Positions 61,207 to 64,000 of a stretch of 64,000 bases of DNA are shown one piece after another. Location of the stretch: positions 57,970,001 through 58,034,000 of the forward strand of contig CM060734.1 of the NCBI GenBank assembly GCA_030704615.1. Reading direction: 5' to 3'. This DNA is from Takakia lepidozioides. Its lineage: Eukaryota > Plantae > Bryophyta. How positions within the stretch are numbered: the stretch's first letter is position 1; each line of letters starts with the position of its first letter. The notes under the pieces were generated by a model that saw nothing but the letters and a program-made list of their open reading frames with translations, had not been told where the DNA came from and searched no databases. A program made the position numbers and the translations under genes.

Positions 61207-61817
61207 GTGTCAAGAGCATCATCAATTCCAAGTATAGAGTTTGTGTCTTACATTCAATCAAAATAACTCAGGAAAAGTGTCCATGATGAAGTGTAGAAAA
61301 ACAATAAACTCCACCATGGGAAACCAAAAAAAAAAAACATCTTTTGCCGCACATGTTTCTGAAAATAATTTTAACACATGGGTGCAACAGCTCACAAATC
61401 AGGCCCCTTAACTAAGATGAGAGGAGAAAATAACCTCTTTCAAGGTAACCTCACAGTCAAGGCGTGCTAATAGGACACTGCCCAAGGGAAGGGAGAAGAA
61501 CATACCATGCCCGATAATGTAGCAAGATTTGACCCCAGAATCATCTGGATGGGACTCAGTGCACTCACTATCCAAGTGAGCTAGTGACTGGTGGTGGACA
61601 AAATGTTATTGGAAATCACACACAACATAACTGATGTTTTGGCTTTTTTTTTTTTTTTTTTTTTTTTATAAGCAACAGGTAACATAGGCCCTGAATGTTT
61701 TGGCATATTTAAGTCATCTCTGTTGTTTGTTGGTAATGCTAGTGCTACACTGACAAATGTGAAGATGAGGAGCAAAGAGATGAAAGAAAATATACCATCA
61801 AAGAAAGTCCAAACTAT
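61207..61817. repeat. ~600-bp direct duplication, copy 2
   Basis: Colinear match to 50473-51064. Confidence 0.9.
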
Positions 61818-61821
61818 CTTA

Positions 61822-64000
61822 GTACCTTGGCAACTTCGACACAAATTTTAATATTTCGAAGATTGTTGAAAATTTTGGAAATTAATTTTGTAAAATTTAG
61901 TAACTTTGTGAATTGATAATAAAACATCTTTGGGAATATTCTAATGTGCGTGACATCACCCCCTCCTCTAGTGCTGAGTCTCTAGTGCTGAGTTTTTCGA
62001 GGAGCGGTAAAATCTTGGACTTGCTTAAAGTTGGAGAAAATCAAAAATCCGGCAAATGGTATTTGCTAAGTATTCAGCTCTTCGTTCTTGACTCAAATGA
62101 TTTATAGGTCCCTGCAACCATCGATAGTGTCCAACACCTTGAACTTGGGACCACGCAGTGATTTGAGCATTTTGATTTTCAAAGCTGCCTTCAAACATGA
62201 TTTCGTTGCCTTCTAGATCCGAAGCCTTAACCTCCAACAAAATTATCAGACTTCGAGTAGGCTCCACTTGCCGTCGTACGGGGTCCAGACGAGGAAGTAC
62301 GCGTCGCATTGGTGGCCCATCGTCTCGAGAGCGTTGGCGTGAGGTCGTGAGAGTCGGAACGGCTGATCTGGTAGTTGGATAAGCGACAACTCCAATGTAT
62401 CTGGTTCTTGTGACTTCATGCTGCCAATACAAGATGCAAGAGTGTTGGAAATGTTGGAGTGTAGCTATATATACTGATGTGTGGTGCTCCTCCCTCCTTA
62501 ACGTGTATCAGGTACTTTAAATGTGGAGTCTTCACCTTGAAGCTAACTTGCTTACATCATCGTTGTGACGTCTTATTGACGTGTAGCTCGGGGCTTAGCT
62601 GGATATCGTTGATGAAACTCTTGGACTTTGTCAGATACATTGGCGAGGTTGGATGAAGGTTCTCACGTTCGTTCGCTGATGTCATAGCATTCCCAATGTA
62701 TGAAATACTCAAGACGTTTATACTTGATGCGAGAACCTAGGACTTCGTCGACTTCATACTCAATTTCCTGATTGACTTCGATTGGTGGAGGTGGTACGGA
62801 GACTCTCTCTGGAATATTCGATGAATAATACAACTCTAATAATGAAACATGAAAGACTGCATGGATGTGCATACTTCGTGGGAGTTCAAGCCGAAAATTG
62901 ACCGGATTTATTTGTCGAATAATTTTGAATGGTCCCAGACGTTGATAATCCAACTTCCTTGATGGTCGCGAGGTTTGTATGTCCCGTCGAAGAAGCCACA
63001 CACGATCTCCGATCTTGAACTGGGGTTGGAGTTGACGACGTTGATCTGCATACTCCTTGTATTGTTTTTGAGCTTCTACAAGGTGAAATGTAAGCTCATT
63101 ATAAATCGTAGCGAGATGAGTAGCAAGTTTTCTACAGCATGGCTTCCAACAGGCTTCATGTGGAAAAGATTTGCTCGAGGATGATTACCATAATTGGAGA
63201 AAAATTGAGTTTGTTTGGTCGAAGAATGTATGGTGTTGTTGTAGGCAAACTCAGCCAATGATAGAAAATCCGTCCAATTATCTTGGTGATAATTTATCGT
63301 ACAGCGAAGATATTGCTCCAAAATTTGGTTTACACGTTCGGTTTGACCATCGGTCTGTGGATGATTAGCTATAGAGAGGTTGATCTTAGTATCCAATATG
63401 TGAAATAATCCCCTCCAGTAATTTGATATGAACTGTGGTCCTCGATCAGATACGATGTCCTTCGGGAGTCCATGAATGCGGTAGATATTATTGAGGAAGG
63501 GTCTTGCAGTTTCCTCGCCGGTAACCGTCTTATTACATGGAATGAAATGTGTCATCTCCGTAAAACGATCTACAATAACAATGATTGAATCTGTGGTCTT
63601 GAAAATTGGAAGGTCTGTAATAAAGTCCATAGACACGGACGACCATGGACCCTTGGGAATGGGTAATGGTTGAAGAAGGCTGTAAGGTCGATGTCGTGGT
63701 CCCTTTGCTCTAGCACACGTGTCGCAAGATTTTATAAAAAAATTCACGAGTTTCCACATCTGTGGCCACCAATAGTCATTGGATATCAATTACATTGTTT
63801 TATTGAAGCCGAAATGTCCTACAGCCGGAATATCATGACATGTTTGAAGAATTCGAAGTCGTGTAGGTCCTAGAGGTACATAGAGAAGTCTTTTGAAATA
63901 AAGTAAGTCATCTTTGAATTCGAAGTCGTTTGTAACATGTGGGTTGTCTCGAGGTCGATTTAGTTGACTTCGTAGTGTCGTGGCAAATTGGTCGCTCTTC
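61822..64000 (-). mobile_element. Ty3/gypsy chromovirus (Tcn1-like) 3' part: integrase, chromodomain, long 3' UTR, PPT and truncated 3' LTR; continues beyond the window
   Basis: YWWPQM..CDTC, SMDFITDLP, IVSDRGPQF, HPQTDGQTERVNQ, GPF motif, chromodomain EYEVDEVL..YFIHWECY..T*EP. Minus-strand PPT agaggagggggtga (~61956-61969) is followed by TGTCACGCAC from 61955. Confidence 0.9.

Overview
Eukaryotic nuclear DNA from a land plant, probably a non-seed plant. Evidence: GT-AG intron genes, LHCA3, PLS-class PPR remnants and a Tcn1-like chromovirus; the taxon is my inference. Intact host genes are LHCA3, RPL38, METTL5 and an intronless MO25. Pseudogene fragments include plastid LPAT1 (twice), lycopene beta-cyclase and PPR. 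Most of the rest is transposon-derived: a Mutator-like remnant paired with a divergent ParB-like gene and an array of intronic palindromes, tRNA-derived SINEs, a CRE-type LINE interrupted by an LTR element, a Naiad/Chlamys-like Penelope fragment, MITEs and a chromovirus. The standout is a 12-kb Ty3/gypsy retrotransposon at 8034-20032 with four unusual properties. (i) It encodes a DNMT3-like C5 cytosine methyltransferase between protease and RT. (ii) Its integrase ends in a PHD finger. (iii) Its primer-binding site is complementary to its own repeat (self-priming), not to a tRNA. (iv) It has split, circularly permuted terminal repeats A-internal-B-A-B flanked by a GATG target-site duplication, and its two genomic ends sit abutted inside the element as the palindrome GACA-gc-TGTC. 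This suggests integration from a 2-LTR circle cut at an intra-LTR palindrome. All comparisons were made by eye; no searches were run.
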